Virus record (IMG/VR): IMGVR_UViG_3300025645_000048
Location: 25,306-89,305 of that record
Source: a virus
Length of the DNA: 64,000 bases
Reading direction: 5' to 3' (one strand)
The notes below the pieces were generated by a model. The model saw only the letters and a list, made by a program, of their open reading frames with translations. It ran no database searches and was not told the DNA's origin. Position 1 is the first letter of the stretch. The number at the start of each line of letters is the position of its first letter. Positions 47,283 through 57,334 of this stretch are shown one piece after another. The translations under genes and the position numbers were made by a program.

Positions 47283-47386
47283 TGGAATGTAAAAAATGTA
47301 AACAGACAATGACTATATATTCAGGTAAAGACAATAAAGATTACTACTACTGTAAAGATTGTGATATTGTACAATTTGAAAATTAG
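47282..47386 (+). CDS. 34-aa zinc-ribbon microprotein
   Basis: MECKKCK...YCKDC. Confidence 0.55.
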   Translation: MECKKCKQTMTIYSGKDNKDYYYCKDCDIVQFEN

Positions 47387-47432
47387 TTATTAAATATTTT
47401 GTTAATTAAAATAATTGTTTTATATTAGCAAT

Positions 47433-47603
47433 ATGAATTATACAACAGAACAATTAAACACAAAAACAAATGCCCAGTTAATAGGCATTGCAGAAGGCAC
47501 ACTATCTTGTTTAAAAGATTTTGCCGACCTTACACCTTCTCACAAAGAATGGTTATTAGAAGCTATGACAGCTATAAAACAATTAGAAAAAAATATCCTA
47601 TGA
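47433..47603 (+). CDS. Hypothetical protein
   Basis: MNYTTEQL start after early promoter. Confidence 0.6.
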   Translation: MNYTTEQLNTKTNAQLIGIAEGTLSCLKDFADLTPSHKEWLLEAMTAIKQLEKNIL

Positions 47604-47728
47604 AAAAAAGACAGTATAGGAGTAATCAAGGGCGTAATCCTAAAAAGGAAGAAGCTATGTTTAACACAATCAAAGTAGCATTTATATTATTAGTAATTGC
47701 TACTATTGTAAATCAAATCTTATCATAA
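47600..47728 (+). CDS. Small membrane protein (MKKRQYRSNQGRNP...)
   Basis: C-terminal TM segment. Confidence 0.6.
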   Translation: MKKRQYRSNQGRNPKKEEAMFNTIKVAFILLVIATIVNQILS

Positions 47729-47897
47729 TGAAATACTATTACGAAGATAACGGAAACAGAAGATATTATATAGCAAAGAAAATATCTAAAAAAGAGAACA
47801 AAGAAAACTTTCTAAAAATATTAGGTTATGCAGCTTTAGGCTGGACTATCTTTTATGTAGCATTGTTTTTTTTCTTACATTTGTTAGAAATGTAAAT

Positions 47898-48173
47898 ATG
47901 AGAAACAAAATACAGAACATACAAGATTTAGAATATAGTAACAACCAAATATTAATTGGAGAACTAATTAAGAAATGGTTAGAAACAAAACCAAAGAATA
48001 AAGAGTTATTAAAGTTAAGAGATGCGTTTATTGATAATTCAATTTACGTTGCAGGATTACAGAATGACCTTACAGCTTGTAAAATGGCTAATAGTGAATA
48101 TCGTGAACAAAGAAACGATGCAATATTAGAATTAGAAGAACTTAAAGAAGATTTAAAAGAATATGATTTATGA
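47898..48173 (+). CDS. Coiled-coil hypothetical protein
   Basis: ORF. Confidence 0.65.
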   Translation: MRNKIQNIQDLEYSNNQILIGELIKKWLETKPKNKELLKLRDAFIDNSIYVAGLQNDLTACKMANSEYREQRNDAILELEELKEDLKEYDL

Positions 48174-48547
48174 GAAAATATAAAGACAATATACATTTAA
48201 GCAGAACAGAAACAAATGTTTTAATTGATGCACTTGAAGATTATATAAATAATAATATTGAAAACAATGAATCAAATATAATTACTAACCTTATAGTTAT
48301 AAATGCATTAGAAAGATTATATATTAAATTAAATGAAAAACACGATAAAGACTATGGTTATGGATGGATTGATTATAAATACTGCTTTAAAAAAAGAAAA
48401 ATAGAATTAATCAGAAATAATAGAGATAAACTTTTAGAAGCTAATTCTAAACATATAATAAAAGATAATTATCAAAATATTCATCATTTCAATTCTTATG
48501 AAAAATTAAAAGTTGAACTACCTTTAAAAAAAGAATATGAATTATAA
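48170..48547 (+). CDS. Hypothetical protein
   Basis: Coupled ORF. Confidence 0.6.
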   Translation: MRKYKDNIHLSRTETNVLIDALEDYINNNIENNESNIITNLIVINALERLYIKLNEKHDKDYGYGWIDYKYCFKKRKIELIRNNRDKLLEANSKHIIKDNYQNIHHFNSYEKLKVELPLKKEYEL

Positions 48548-48656
48548 TAATCCTACAGTAGCATATCCAGAACACGAATGTATGGAATGTGGAAAACTAA
48601 TATTTAAAGAAAATGAATACTGCTCCAATAATTGTTGGCAAGCCAGTATGTTATAA
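48537..48656 (+). CDS. 39-aa zinc-finger microprotein (CMECG...YCSNNC)
   Basis: Translated manually. Confidence 0.6.
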   Translation: MNYNNPTVAYPEHECMECGKLIFKENEYCSNNCWQASML

Positions 48657-48679
48657 ACGAGTTGTTTTGTTTGGAAAAA

Positions 48680-48707
48680 GGGTGTTAGAAATAGCACCTT
48701 TTTTTTT
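48680..48707 (+). terminator. Intrinsic terminator
   Basis: GGTGTTA-gaaa-TAGCACC plus T run. Confidence 0.8.
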
Positions 48708-48742
48708 ATACTAAAATCCTGCTTTAATTACGTTATATAAGT

Positions 48743-49393
48743 ATGAAAGCTAATATTAACGTACCTAACGAACTTAATGAGATTACCCTAAAGCAATATC
48801 AAAAGTTCTTAAAAGAACAAGACAAAAGTGACGATATTAACTACATACAAACTAAAATGATTGAAATATTTTGTGGAATAAAATCACAAGATGCTTTAAA
48901 CATTAGATTATCAGACGCAGAACGTATCACAAAAATAATATCAGATATGTTTGAACAGAAGCCTAATCTTGTGCAATCCTTCTGGCTTAATAATGTTGAA
49001 TATGGTTTTGTACCTGATCTTGATGAAATTACATTAGGAGAATACATTGACCTTGATACCTATATGGGAGACTGGGATAATATTGAAATAGCAATGAATG
49101 TATTATACAGACCTATTAAACAAAAACTTGGAGACAAGTATTTAATAGAGGACTATGACCCTGATAAAAAGAACAGAATTACTACTATGCCAATGGATGC
49201 TGTATTCGGTTCTATACTTTTTTTTTATCGTTTAGGGATAGAATTATCGAAAACTATGATGAATTATTTGGAGAACAAGGAGGAGAAACAACTTCTGGAC
49301 GTGCTGGATTTGCAAAAAAGTGGGGATGGTATTCGAGCCTTTACGGACTCGCTGGAGGAGATATTACAAGATTTGAAGATATCACTAAATTAG
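48743..49393 (+). CDS. Probable tail assembly chaperone (0-frame product)
   Basis: ITL.QY and ITLGEYIDLD repeats; slippery T9 at 49218-49226. Confidence 0.65.
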   Translation: MKANINVPNELNEITLKQYQKFLKEQDKSDDINYIQTKMIEIFCGIKSQDALNIRLSDAERITKIISDMFEQKPNLVQSFWLNNVEYGFVPDLDEITLGEYIDLDTYMGDWDNIEIAMNVLYRPIKQKLGDKYLIEDYDPDKKNRITTMPMDAVFGSILFFYRLGIELSKTMMNYLENKEEKQLLDVLDLQKSGDGIRAFTDSLEEILQDLKISLN

Positions 49394-49479
49394 AAATGCA
49401 CAAATGTTTAATGATGTTAGCATTTATGAAAGACAAAAACGAATTAGAATCGAAACAAATAAAAAGTAAATTTAAATGA
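49219..49479 (+). CDS. -1 frameshift extension of the chaperone (FFLSFRDRII...KWGWYSSLYGLAGGDITRF...)
   Basis: Frame open from the slippery site to TGA overlapping the next ATG; covers otherwise non-coding 49394-49475. Confidence 0.75.
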   Translation, partial: FFLSFRDRIIENYDELFGEQGGETTSGRAGFAKKWGWYSSLYGLAGGDITRFEDITKLEMHKCLMMLAFMKDKNELESKQIKSKFK

Positions 49480-49946
49480 GCCAACAAGGAATAAGGGGAT
49501 TTTACCAATTAACTGAAACAATAAAAGACCAGCTTTTAGCTGACATAAATTGTAATACAGTAACAACTGGAGACCTATATGATGTCAATCTTAACAAGCA
49601 AGATATATTCCCCCTTGCTCACATTATAGTCAACAACGTAACACAAGAAGAACAAACGCTTACGTTTAATATAAGCATCTTGGCTATGGATATTGTAGAT
49701 CAATCTAAATTACCAACAGAAGATAGGTTTATAGGAAACAACAATGAACAAGATATTTTAAACACACAACTGGCAGTATTAAACAAAGTAATACAAGTTT
49801 TAAGAATGGGAACATTATACAAAGACAAATATCAATTAGATAGTCCTGTAAATTGTGAACCATTTTATGACAGGTTTGAAAACCAATTAGCAGGATGGAC
49901 TGCAACAATGGATATAGTAATTTATAATGATATTAAAATCTGTTAA
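49476..49946 (+). CDS. Tail completion/terminator-like protein
   Basis: Size, FPLAHI, EPF.DRFEN.LAGW; position. Confidence 0.6.
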   Translation: MSQQGIRGFYQLTETIKDQLLADINCNTVTTGDLYDVNLNKQDIFPLAHIIVNNVTQEEQTLTFNISILAMDIVDQSKLPTEDRFIGNNNEQDILNTQLAVLNKVIQVLRMGTLYKDKYQLDSPVNCEPFYDRFENQLAGWTATMDIVIYNDIKIC

Positions 49947-50479
49947 TGAATTTTGAGAATATAAATAAAGCCCTAAATGATTTTGGAAGGTATGTTGTTC
50001 AACAAGCCAGAACAAGACTAACTAAAAACAAACAAGGGGGTGGAGCATTATATGAATCAATAAGATACTCATTAGATGAAGAACAAAAAGGATTTATACT
50101 TGACTTCTATATGGAAGATTACGGTATATTTCAAGATCAAGGTGTTAAAGGTGCTAATCCTGCATTAATAAAAGGAGGTAGGCAAAAAGCACCTAATAGC
50201 AAGTTTAGTTACAAACAAAAGATGCCTCCAATGCAACCGTTAAGAGACTGGGCTCAAAGTAAGAATATAAGATTTAGAGATAAAGAAGGTAAGTTTAAAA
50301 AAGGAAGTTATAAGAGTATGGCATTTGTATTACAAAGAAGTATATATGCACAAGGTTTTAAACCTACATACTTTTTTACTAAACCATTTGAAGCAGCTTT
50401 TAAAAGACTGCCAGAAGAATTGATAAACGACTTTATATTAGATATAGAAAAAGGAATAATATTAGGAACAAAAAAATAA
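49946..50479 (+). CDS. Neck/tail completion protein (HK97 gp10-like)
   Basis: G.L..SI, YG.F.D.G, PP, G.KP..FF. Confidence 0.6.
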   Translation: MNFENINKALNDFGRYVVQQARTRLTKNKQGGGALYESIRYSLDEEQKGFILDFYMEDYGIFQDQGVKGANPALIKGGRQKAPNSKFSYKQKMPPMQPLRDWAQSKNIRFRDKEGKFKKGSYKSMAFVLQRSIYAQGFKPTYFFTKPFEAAFKRLPEELINDFILDIEKGIILGTKK

Positions 50480-50482
50480 ACA

Positions 50483-51493
50483 ATGGCAGCAATAGCATTA
50501 AGAAGTCCACAATATAAATCAGCAACAGCAGATACAGGAAGCCCTAATTCTGCAAAAATAACTATAAGTATAGATGGCACAATACAATACACATTAGTAA
50601 AATCAACATCTTTAAACGAAACAATGCTTTGGGAAATTGCAGAACTTTGTAGGGATTTTATTAATATTACTTTTAACGGAACTTATAGTGCTGAAACATT
50701 AGCAATTATATCTACATTAACATCACACGCATCAACTGATGGAAGTGGAACAGCATTAACAACATCAACTATAACAGACATAGGTTATGATGGTTATGGT
50801 ACTTTTATGGAGGGTGCAAATCCAACAGTACCTTTTGGCTCAAGACCAACTTGGCTTTTAAGTGGAGATCCTGATCATACAACAGCAGACAATGAGTATT
50901 ATATTTATGTACCTAATAATACAGCAGGTTCAGTTCCTTATATTAATGCCACACCAACAGATCAACCTACAATGGGCTATCAAAGTTATGGAACTACTGA
51001 TGTAGAAATAACAGGAAGTCCAGCAGGAATAAAAATGAATATAAATAGAATTGATTGTACTAAATACGGTGATGGTCATAAAGTTACATTTGTAAATAAA
51101 TTTGGTGCTTTACAAGACATTTGGTTTTTCTTAAAATCAGTAAATACTACAAACAAAAAACAAGAGCAGTTTCAAAGAAACATTATAACATCTACAGGAA
51201 GCTATAATGTAAACACACATACTAAACAAGATTATAATACAGTAGCAAACACAAGCATTAGTTTAAGTTCTGGCTATTATCCTGAATGGGCTAATCAATG
51301 GTTTGAACAATTATTATTATCAGAACAAGTATGGATTACAAGACCTAAAGAAACAGACCCAAGTACTGATGAAGTAATACCTGTTAATGTTAAGAAAAAT
51401 AGTATGGTTAAAAAGACTTCACTAAACGACAAGCTAATAGATTATACATTTGATTTTGATATGTCATTCGATTACATAAACAACATTAGATAA
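50483..51493 (+). CDS. Distal tail/baseplate protein
   Basis: F.NKFGA, QLLLSE.VW; precedes tail tip gene. Confidence 0.6.
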   Translation: MAAIALRSPQYKSATADTGSPNSAKITISIDGTIQYTLVKSTSLNETMLWEIAELCRDFINITFNGTYSAETLAIISTLTSHASTDGSGTALTTSTITDIGYDGYGTFMEGANPTVPFGSRPTWLLSGDPDHTTADNEYYIYVPNNTAGSVPYINATPTDQPTMGYQSYGTTDVEITGSPAGIKMNINRIDCTKYGDGHKVTFVNKFGALQDIWFFLKSVNTTNKKQEQFQRNIITSTGSYNVNTHTKQDYNTVANTSISLSSGYYPEWANQWFEQLLLSEQVWITRPKETDPSTDEVIPVNVKKNSMVKKTSLNDKLIDYTFDFDMSFDYINNIR

Positions 51494-53898
51494 TGCAGAA
51501 ACTACAACTATATATTGCGAATGAAAGAATTGATTTATTCAAGGATGAACAGGTTTCATTTAACCAATCTATACAAAACATTAAAGACCCTGCAAAGATA
51601 TTTACTGAATTTACTCAAACATTTACAGTACCAGCTTCAAAAGTTAATAATAAAATATTTCAACATTATTACAACTTTAATATAACTGGAGGTTTTGATG
51701 CAAGAAAAAAAGTAAGTGGATTAATAGAATTAAATAATATTACATTTAAACAAGGTTATGTAAAACTTAATGGTGTAGATTTAAAAAACAATAAGGCATA
51801 CGCATATAGGGTTACATTCTTTGGTGAAACGGTAAACTTAAAAGATATTCTTGCAGAAGAAAAACTTGCATCATTAGCAGGGTTAGCAGCATATAATTTA
51901 AATTACAATTCAGCATCTGTTCAAGCAAGGTTACAAAGTTCAGCATCAGGTGGTGCAATATTATGTCCATTAATAAATTCAGGTGCAAGTGGTCAAACTA
52001 CTTCAAGGTTATATTACAATTCAGGAGGACACGGTTCAGATGTAACTGGCAATTTATGGTATCAACAGGGTTCACACGAACACGGTGTATATTGGAAGGA
52101 TTTAAAATATGCAATTAGATTATATGAAGTTGTACAAGCTATTACTACTAATTACCCTACATTAGTTTTTACTGATGATTTTTTTAGTACAAGTAACCCT
52201 GAATTTTACAACCTTTATATGTGGTTACATAGAAAAAAAGGAAATGTAGAACCAGCATCACAAATAACGACATTCCCAACATTAGTTGATGGGTTTGGTG
52301 CTAATGCAACTGTTTATACTAATATGATTAGTGGTTCTGGTTTACAGGTTTATGCTTCTTTTAACCCATTAACAAATACAGTAACATCATTGCCAAATAT
52401 TCAACAAGATTTAGTGTTAACCATAACAGGTAACCCTCAATATGATGTAATAATAAATCGCAATGGTGCTTTTTGGATTGCTTTTAATGGGGTTACAGGA
52501 AATAATACATTTACAAAAAGTGATTATCCTACACCAATGGATGAAGCTACATATACTGTAGTAATTAGGTCTACAACTAATTTAACTTTTACAAGTATTG
52601 AATGGGAGTTAGCAGGAAATTTAGCTGGTGGGGGATGGGCAGAAACTTATACTGCAAATAATTTTTCTGCAACAACTACATTTCAGTTTATTATACAAGA
52701 ACAAATACCTGATATGAAAATAATTGACTTCTTAAATGGTTTATTTAAGATGTTTAATCTTACAGCTTATTATGTAAGTAATAGACAAGATGCAGATTAT
52801 GGTAAAATTAAAGTTCAAAAATTAGATGACTTTTATACAGCAGGAACAAGTTATGATATAAGTGAATATGTAGATACAACAACAAGTCAAGTTAATGTAG
52901 CACTGCCTTATAGGGAAATAGAATTTGGTTATGAAGGAACAGGAACACTACTTGCTTTACAATACGAACAATTAAATGGTAAAACTTGGGGTTCAGAAGA
53001 ATATACAGGTGATACAATTTTTGATGCACCTAATCCTATATATAAAGTAAAATTACCTTTTGAACATATGCAGTTTGAAAGATTAATAGATGCTAATGAA
53101 AATTTAAGTTCACCAACTAACATAACTACAATTCAATGGGGATATTTTGTAGATGACAATCAAGATGCTTATTTTGGAAAACCTTTATTATTTTACCCCA
53201 TATTACAAACAGGTTCAGGAATAACATCAATTTCATTTAGGGATAGCTTAACAACACACGTTGAATTAGATTCATATTATATACCAAGTAATAGTTTAGC
53301 TTTATCTTCTGCAACAAGTACAATTAATACTAACTTTTATCAAGAATTTAACGAATATGGTCAATTAGAAATACCATCAGACACAGGATTTACAGGAACA
53401 TTATTTAAAGAAAATTATTTAACATACATACAAGACATATTTAATAGTAAAAGAAGATTAACAAAACTAAAAGCCTATTTGCCTTTAAAGATTATTTACA
53501 AGTTAAATATGAATGATAGGGTAGTTATTAATAATCAAAGTTATAACATAAACAACTTAACTACTAATTTAATAACAGGAGAAAGTTCAATCGAATTACT
53601 TAACAATAATTATATTAATAATGTATCTGGAAACTTTAGGGTATTAACAGATGTTTATCAAACATATCCTAATTATTCTAATTATTATTATGACAGTCTA
53701 ATAGGAGATGCACAAAATTTATCGAATGGAGATGTTATATATACAGACCAAGCACTAACAACAACATTAACAGCAGGAACTTATTATCAGGAAGGTTCAA
53801 GCGAAACAACAACAAGATGTACAGATAGTTCATATCTTATGAGTATGACAGTAAATTCATCAGGAGTTATTACAAACATATTATGTGGTCAACCTTAA
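51493..53898 (+). CDS. Tail tip/baseplate hub protein
   Basis: 801 aa; FTQTFTVPAS..NN, DFL.GLFKMFNL. Confidence 0.65.
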   Translation: MQKLQLYIANERIDLFKDEQVSFNQSIQNIKDPAKIFTEFTQTFTVPASKVNNKIFQHYYNFNITGGFDARKKVSGLIELNNITFKQGYVKLNGVDLKNNKAYAYRVTFFGETVNLKDILAEEKLASLAGLAAYNLNYNSASVQARLQSSASGGAILCPLINSGASGQTTSRLYYNSGGHGSDVTGNLWYQQGSHEHGVYWKDLKYAIRLYEVVQAITTNYPTLVFTDDFFSTSNPEFYNLYMWLHRKKGNVEPASQITTFPTLVDGFGANATVYTNMISGSGLQVYASFNPLTNTVTSLPNIQQDLVLTITGNPQYDVIINRNGAFWIAFNGVTGNNTFTKSDYPTPMDEATYTVVIRSTTNLTFTSIEWELAGNLAGGGWAETYTANNFSATTTFQFIIQEQIPDMKIIDFLNGLFKMFNLTAYYVSNRQDADYGKIKVQKLDDFYTAGTSYDISEYVDTTTSQVNVALPYREIEFGYEGTGTLLALQYEQLNGKTWGSEEYTGDTIFDAPNPIYKVKLPFEHMQFERLIDANENLSSPTNITTIQWGYFVDDNQDAYFGKPLLFYPILQTGSGITSISFRDSLTTHVELDSYYIPSNSLALSSATSTINTNFYQEFNEYGQLEIPSDTGFTGTLFKENYLTYIQDIFNSKRRLTKLKAYLPLKIIYKLNMNDRVVINNQSYNINNLTTNLITGESSIELLNNNYINNVSGNFRVLTDVYQTYPNYSNYYYDSLIGDAQNLSNGDVIYTDQALTTTLTAGTYYQEGSSETTTRCTDSSYLMSMTVNSSGVITNILCGQP

Positions 53899-53902
53899 AA
53901 TT

Positions 53903-54046
53903 ATGATAAAAAATATATTAGAGTTACTAAAGATCGTAGACGGAGAAACCGAAAGCATTAGAATTGCACAAGGTAAATATAAAATACCTGAAACCTTTAA
54001 AGAAGGATTTAAACAAATTAAAAGAGAAATAAAATGGCAGAAGTAA
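53903..54046 (+). CDS. 47-aa hypothetical protein (…IAQGKYK.P)
   Basis: Translated manually. Confidence 0.6.
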   Translation: MIKNILELLKIVDGETESIRIAQGKYKIPETFKEGFKQIKREIKWQK

Positions 54047-55785
54047 TACAAGTCCAATTAGACATAGAAACTAAAAAAGCTGAAAAAGGGGTAGATAACC
54101 TAACAGACGAAATAGTTAATCTTAATAAAGAAGTTAAGAAAGGTAATGAAGAAACTGCTAAAGGTTTAAAAGGTGTAGAAAAAGCATCTGATAAAACTGC
54201 TGGAGGTGTAAGAAAAATAGGTAGTGCATTAAAAGCATTGGGTATTGGACTTATAGTAGCTGCTTTTGCAAAGTTTACAGAAGTTCTAAATGAAAACCAA
54301 AAGGTAGCTGACTTTTTCTCTATTACTTTTGAAACATTGTCATTAGCTTTTAATGATTTGTTTAACTTTATATTTGACAATACTCAAGGCATCACAAATT
54401 TCTTTAAAGCAGCGTTTGATGACCCTATACAAAATATGATTGATTTTGGTATTGCTATCAAAAATAATATTATAGAAAGAATACAATCTTCAATAGATAC
54501 ATTAGGGTTTTTAGCAGAAGCAGTAGTAAAAGTATTTAAGGGAGACTTTGCAGGTGCATTAGATTCAGCTAAAAATGCAGGTAAAGAATTAGTAGATGTT
54601 GTTACAGGTGTTGATGATTCATTTGACAAAACAGTAGAAGCAGTAGATAAAGTTGTTACAGCTACTACTAACTATGTTAAAGAAACAGTTGAAGCAGCAA
54701 CAGCAAATGTTAACCTTGCTAAAACAGCAGAATTGGCAGCAGTACAAAATCAAGGGCTTATAGAAAAATATGATCTACAAGCAGAAACATTAAGACAAGT
54801 TAGAGATGAAGAAAGAAATACTATAGCTGAACGTAAGAAAGCAAATGATGAATTAAAAGCAGTATTAGACGAACAAGAAAAAGCAATGTTAGCTAATGCA
54901 AACGCTATACTTAATGCAGCTCAAGCACAATATGATAAAAACGATAGTGATAAAAATCAAATAGCTTTGATAGAAGCACAAAACGAATTGTTAGCAGTTC
55001 AAGCACAAGTTGCAGGGTTTAGGTCAGAACAAAAAGCAAATGATTTAGCATTAGATAGGGAACAAAAAGAATTGAATCAATCTATAAGTGATGGAGAAGC
55101 AGAAAGAAATAAAGCGCAATCAGAATTTACTGCAGAACAAATAGAAAATGATTATTTAAGACTACAGGCTCAATTAGATATTGCTAAAAAAGAAAGCGAA
55201 ATAGAATCTAAAAGGTTAACAGAAAAAAGAGACCAATACAAACAAGGTACACAAGCCTATGAAGATGCCAACAACGAACTATTAGCATACCAACAAGAAA
55301 ATGCAAATACACAAGTACAAATAGAAAAAGACTTAAATAAATCTAAAAAGGATTTAACTACACAAGCCCTAACTGATATGGCTACTATTGTAGGTAAAAA
55401 CTCAAAGTTTGGTAAAGCTATAGCAATCGTACAAGCTATTAGAGATACTTACGCAGGGGCAAACAAGGCATTAGCTCAAGGAGGTATATTTGGGTTTATA
55501 GGTGCAGCAGCAGTTATTGCAGGAGGTATAGCAAATGTAAAAACAATAACATCAACACCAGAACCAACACCACCAGCAGGGGCATCAGTAGGAGGAGGTT
55601 CAGCAATTCCCCCAACACCATCTGCTCCACCAGCTTTTAATGTAGTAGGTCAAGGGGAAACAAGTCAGTTAGCAGATGCAATAGGAAATCAAGCAAGTGA
55701 ACCAGTAAGAGCATACGTTGTAAGCAACGATGTAACGACTGCACAAGGGCTTGAAAGAAATATTGTAGAAGGAGCAACAATATAA
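54034..55785 (+). CDS. Tail tape measure protein
   Basis: Ala/Lys/Glu helical; ALGIGLIVAA; C-terminal AYVVS.DVT.AQ. Confidence 0.8.
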   Translation: MAEVIQVQLDIETKKAEKGVDNLTDEIVNLNKEVKKGNEETAKGLKGVEKASDKTAGGVRKIGSALKALGIGLIVAAFAKFTEVLNENQKVADFFSITFETLSLAFNDLFNFIFDNTQGITNFFKAAFDDPIQNMIDFGIAIKNNIIERIQSSIDTLGFLAEAVVKVFKGDFAGALDSAKNAGKELVDVVTGVDDSFDKTVEAVDKVVTATTNYVKETVEAATANVNLAKTAELAAVQNQGLIEKYDLQAETLRQVRDEERNTIAERKKANDELKAVLDEQEKAMLANANAILNAAQAQYDKNDSDKNQIALIEAQNELLAVQAQVAGFRSEQKANDLALDREQKELNQSISDGEAERNKAQSEFTAEQIENDYLRLQAQLDIAKKESEIESKRLTEKRDQYKQGTQAYEDANNELLAYQQENANTQVQIEKDLNKSKKDLTTQALTDMATIVGKNSKFGKAIAIVQAIRDTYAGANKALAQGGIFGFIGAAAVIAGGIANVKTITSTPEPTPPAGASVGGGSAIPPTPSAPPAFNVVGQGETSQLADAIGNQASEPVRAYVVSNDVTTAQGLERNIVEGATI

Positions 55786-55820
55786 ATGCAAAATTTTTAA
55801 TTAATAACGTTATATAAAAT

Positions 55821-56696
55821 ATGAAGATAGTCGAATTAATCCTTGACGAAAATCAAGAAGAATCTGGAATCGAAGCAATATCCATAGTTGAAAATCCTGC
55901 CATAGAAGAAGATTTTGTTGCTTTAAAAAGTAATGAAATAAAACTTGCAGAAATAGATAAAGAAAAAAAGATATTAATGGGAGCTTTATTAATACCTAAC
56001 AAGCCTATATATCGAAATAATGGGGAAGATGAATATTATATATACTTCTCTAAAGATACGGTCTTAAAAGCCTCCCAAATGTATTTGACAAAGGGTAACC
56101 AAAACAATTCAACATTAGAACACCAACATTCATTAAGTGGTTTAAGTTTAGTAGAATCTTGGCTTGTTGAAGATGAAGTACACGACAAATCAAGAAAGTA
56201 TGGAATGAATGTGCCAGTAGGTACTTGGATGGGAGCTGTAAAAGTCAACAATGATGAAGTCTGGAATGACTATGTAAAAACAGGTAAAGTCAAAGGATTC
56301 TCTATAGAGGGTTACTTTGCAGATAAAATGGAACGTCCAAAAGAATCAATAAAAGAAGATATGTCAGAAAAACAAGCAGACCTATTATTAAGTCAAATAG
56401 AAAAAATAGTCAAAGGCGAAAAAGTTGAATTAGCTTTAGTAGACGATTTAGAAAAACAATACAAGAAAATTAACAATGCTAAAGATGAAATTACTAAAGA
56501 AGCAAATCGGATAGGCAAAGAAATATTTAGTTTTAGAGATACATTAAATAACTTCAAAACAACTTCATATATTACTTTACTTGGCAAATATGAAAATGCA
56601 GCAAAAGATTTAGGTGTAAAAATAGATAATAAATATAGTAAAGCACTTAATGAATATCAAGATGAAAAAAGTAAACAATCTAAAAGATTTTTTTAA
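55821..56696 (+). CDS. Prohead serine protease (XkdF/S78-like) with C-terminal extension
   Basis: AIS.VE.PAIE, TLEH, ESW, P.GTW, VKGFSIEG. Confidence 0.8.
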   Translation: MKIVELILDENQEESGIEAISIVENPAIEEDFVALKSNEIKLAEIDKEKKILMGALLIPNKPIYRNNGEDEYYIYFSKDTVLKASQMYLTKGNQNNSTLEHQHSLSGLSLVESWLVEDEVHDKSRKYGMNVPVGTWMGAVKVNNDEVWNDYVKTGKVKGFSIEGYFADKMERPKESIKEDMSEKQADLLLSQIEKIVKGEKVELALVDDLEKQYKKINNAKDEITKEANRIGKEIFSFRDTLNNFKTTSYITLLGKYENAAKDLGVKIDNKYSKALNEYQDEKSKQSKRFF

Positions 56697-56715
56697 AATA
56701 AATTAAAATATAACT

Positions 56716-57141
56716 ATGAGTAAGCATATAAACAAAATATTCAGTATGATTCAAACTGAATTAAAATCAGAAAAAGTTGAATTAGAAAAAGTGGAGTTAA
56801 ATGTTGTAAAAGATATCCAAAAAGAGATAGCCTTTTACAAACAAGGTTTTTCAGATATGGAAAAAAAGAACTCCCTGCAAATTGATGCTATGAAAAAAGT
56901 GTTTAAAGCACAAGATAATTTAGAAAAAGCTATCAAAAATGCTCGTAATTCTTCTGTAGTTAAAAGATTCAGCAAGTCTTATAAAATATTAGATAATGCA
57001 GAACAACAAGCAAAAGAATTAGGAGTTGCATTTAGAGACATAAAAGGTTTCACAGACTTAACTTCCCTAATGGGTAAAGTAGAAAAAAAATTAGATGAAA
57101 TAAAATCTATGGCTAAAAGAGGAGAAAGTTTTTTAAGATAA
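56716..57141 (+). CDS. Helical protein similar to the protease extension
   Basis: KVEL...AKELGV vs KVEL...AKDLGV. Confidence 0.65.
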   Translation: MSKHINKIFSMIQTELKSEKVELEKVELNVVKDIQKEIAFYKQGFSDMEKKNSLQIDAMKKVFKAQDNLEKAIKNARNSSVVKRFSKSYKILDNAEQQAKELGVAFRDIKGFTDLTSLMGKVEKKLDEIKSMAKRGESFLR

Positions 57142-57144
57142 TAA

Positions 57145-57294
57145 ATGTATAAAAAACAATTTTTTCCAAGTCATTCAAGTCCTAAAAGTTCAAGACGTGC
57201 TTGTTTATGTAAAGACAAAAATACTTATTCAAGAAAATGTTGTGATGGCTCTTTATGGGCTCAAGGCATAGGAGTTATATCAAGAACAATTTGA
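57145..57294 (+). CDS. 49-aa Cys-rich microprotein (RACLC...YSRKCCDGS..AQGIG)
   Basis: Translated manually. Confidence 0.65.
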   Translation: MYKKQFFPSHSSPKSSRRACLCKDKNTYSRKCCDGSLWAQGIGVISRTI

Positions 57295-57334
57295 AAATGC
57301 AAAAAAATTAATTAACCACGTTATATATATAATT

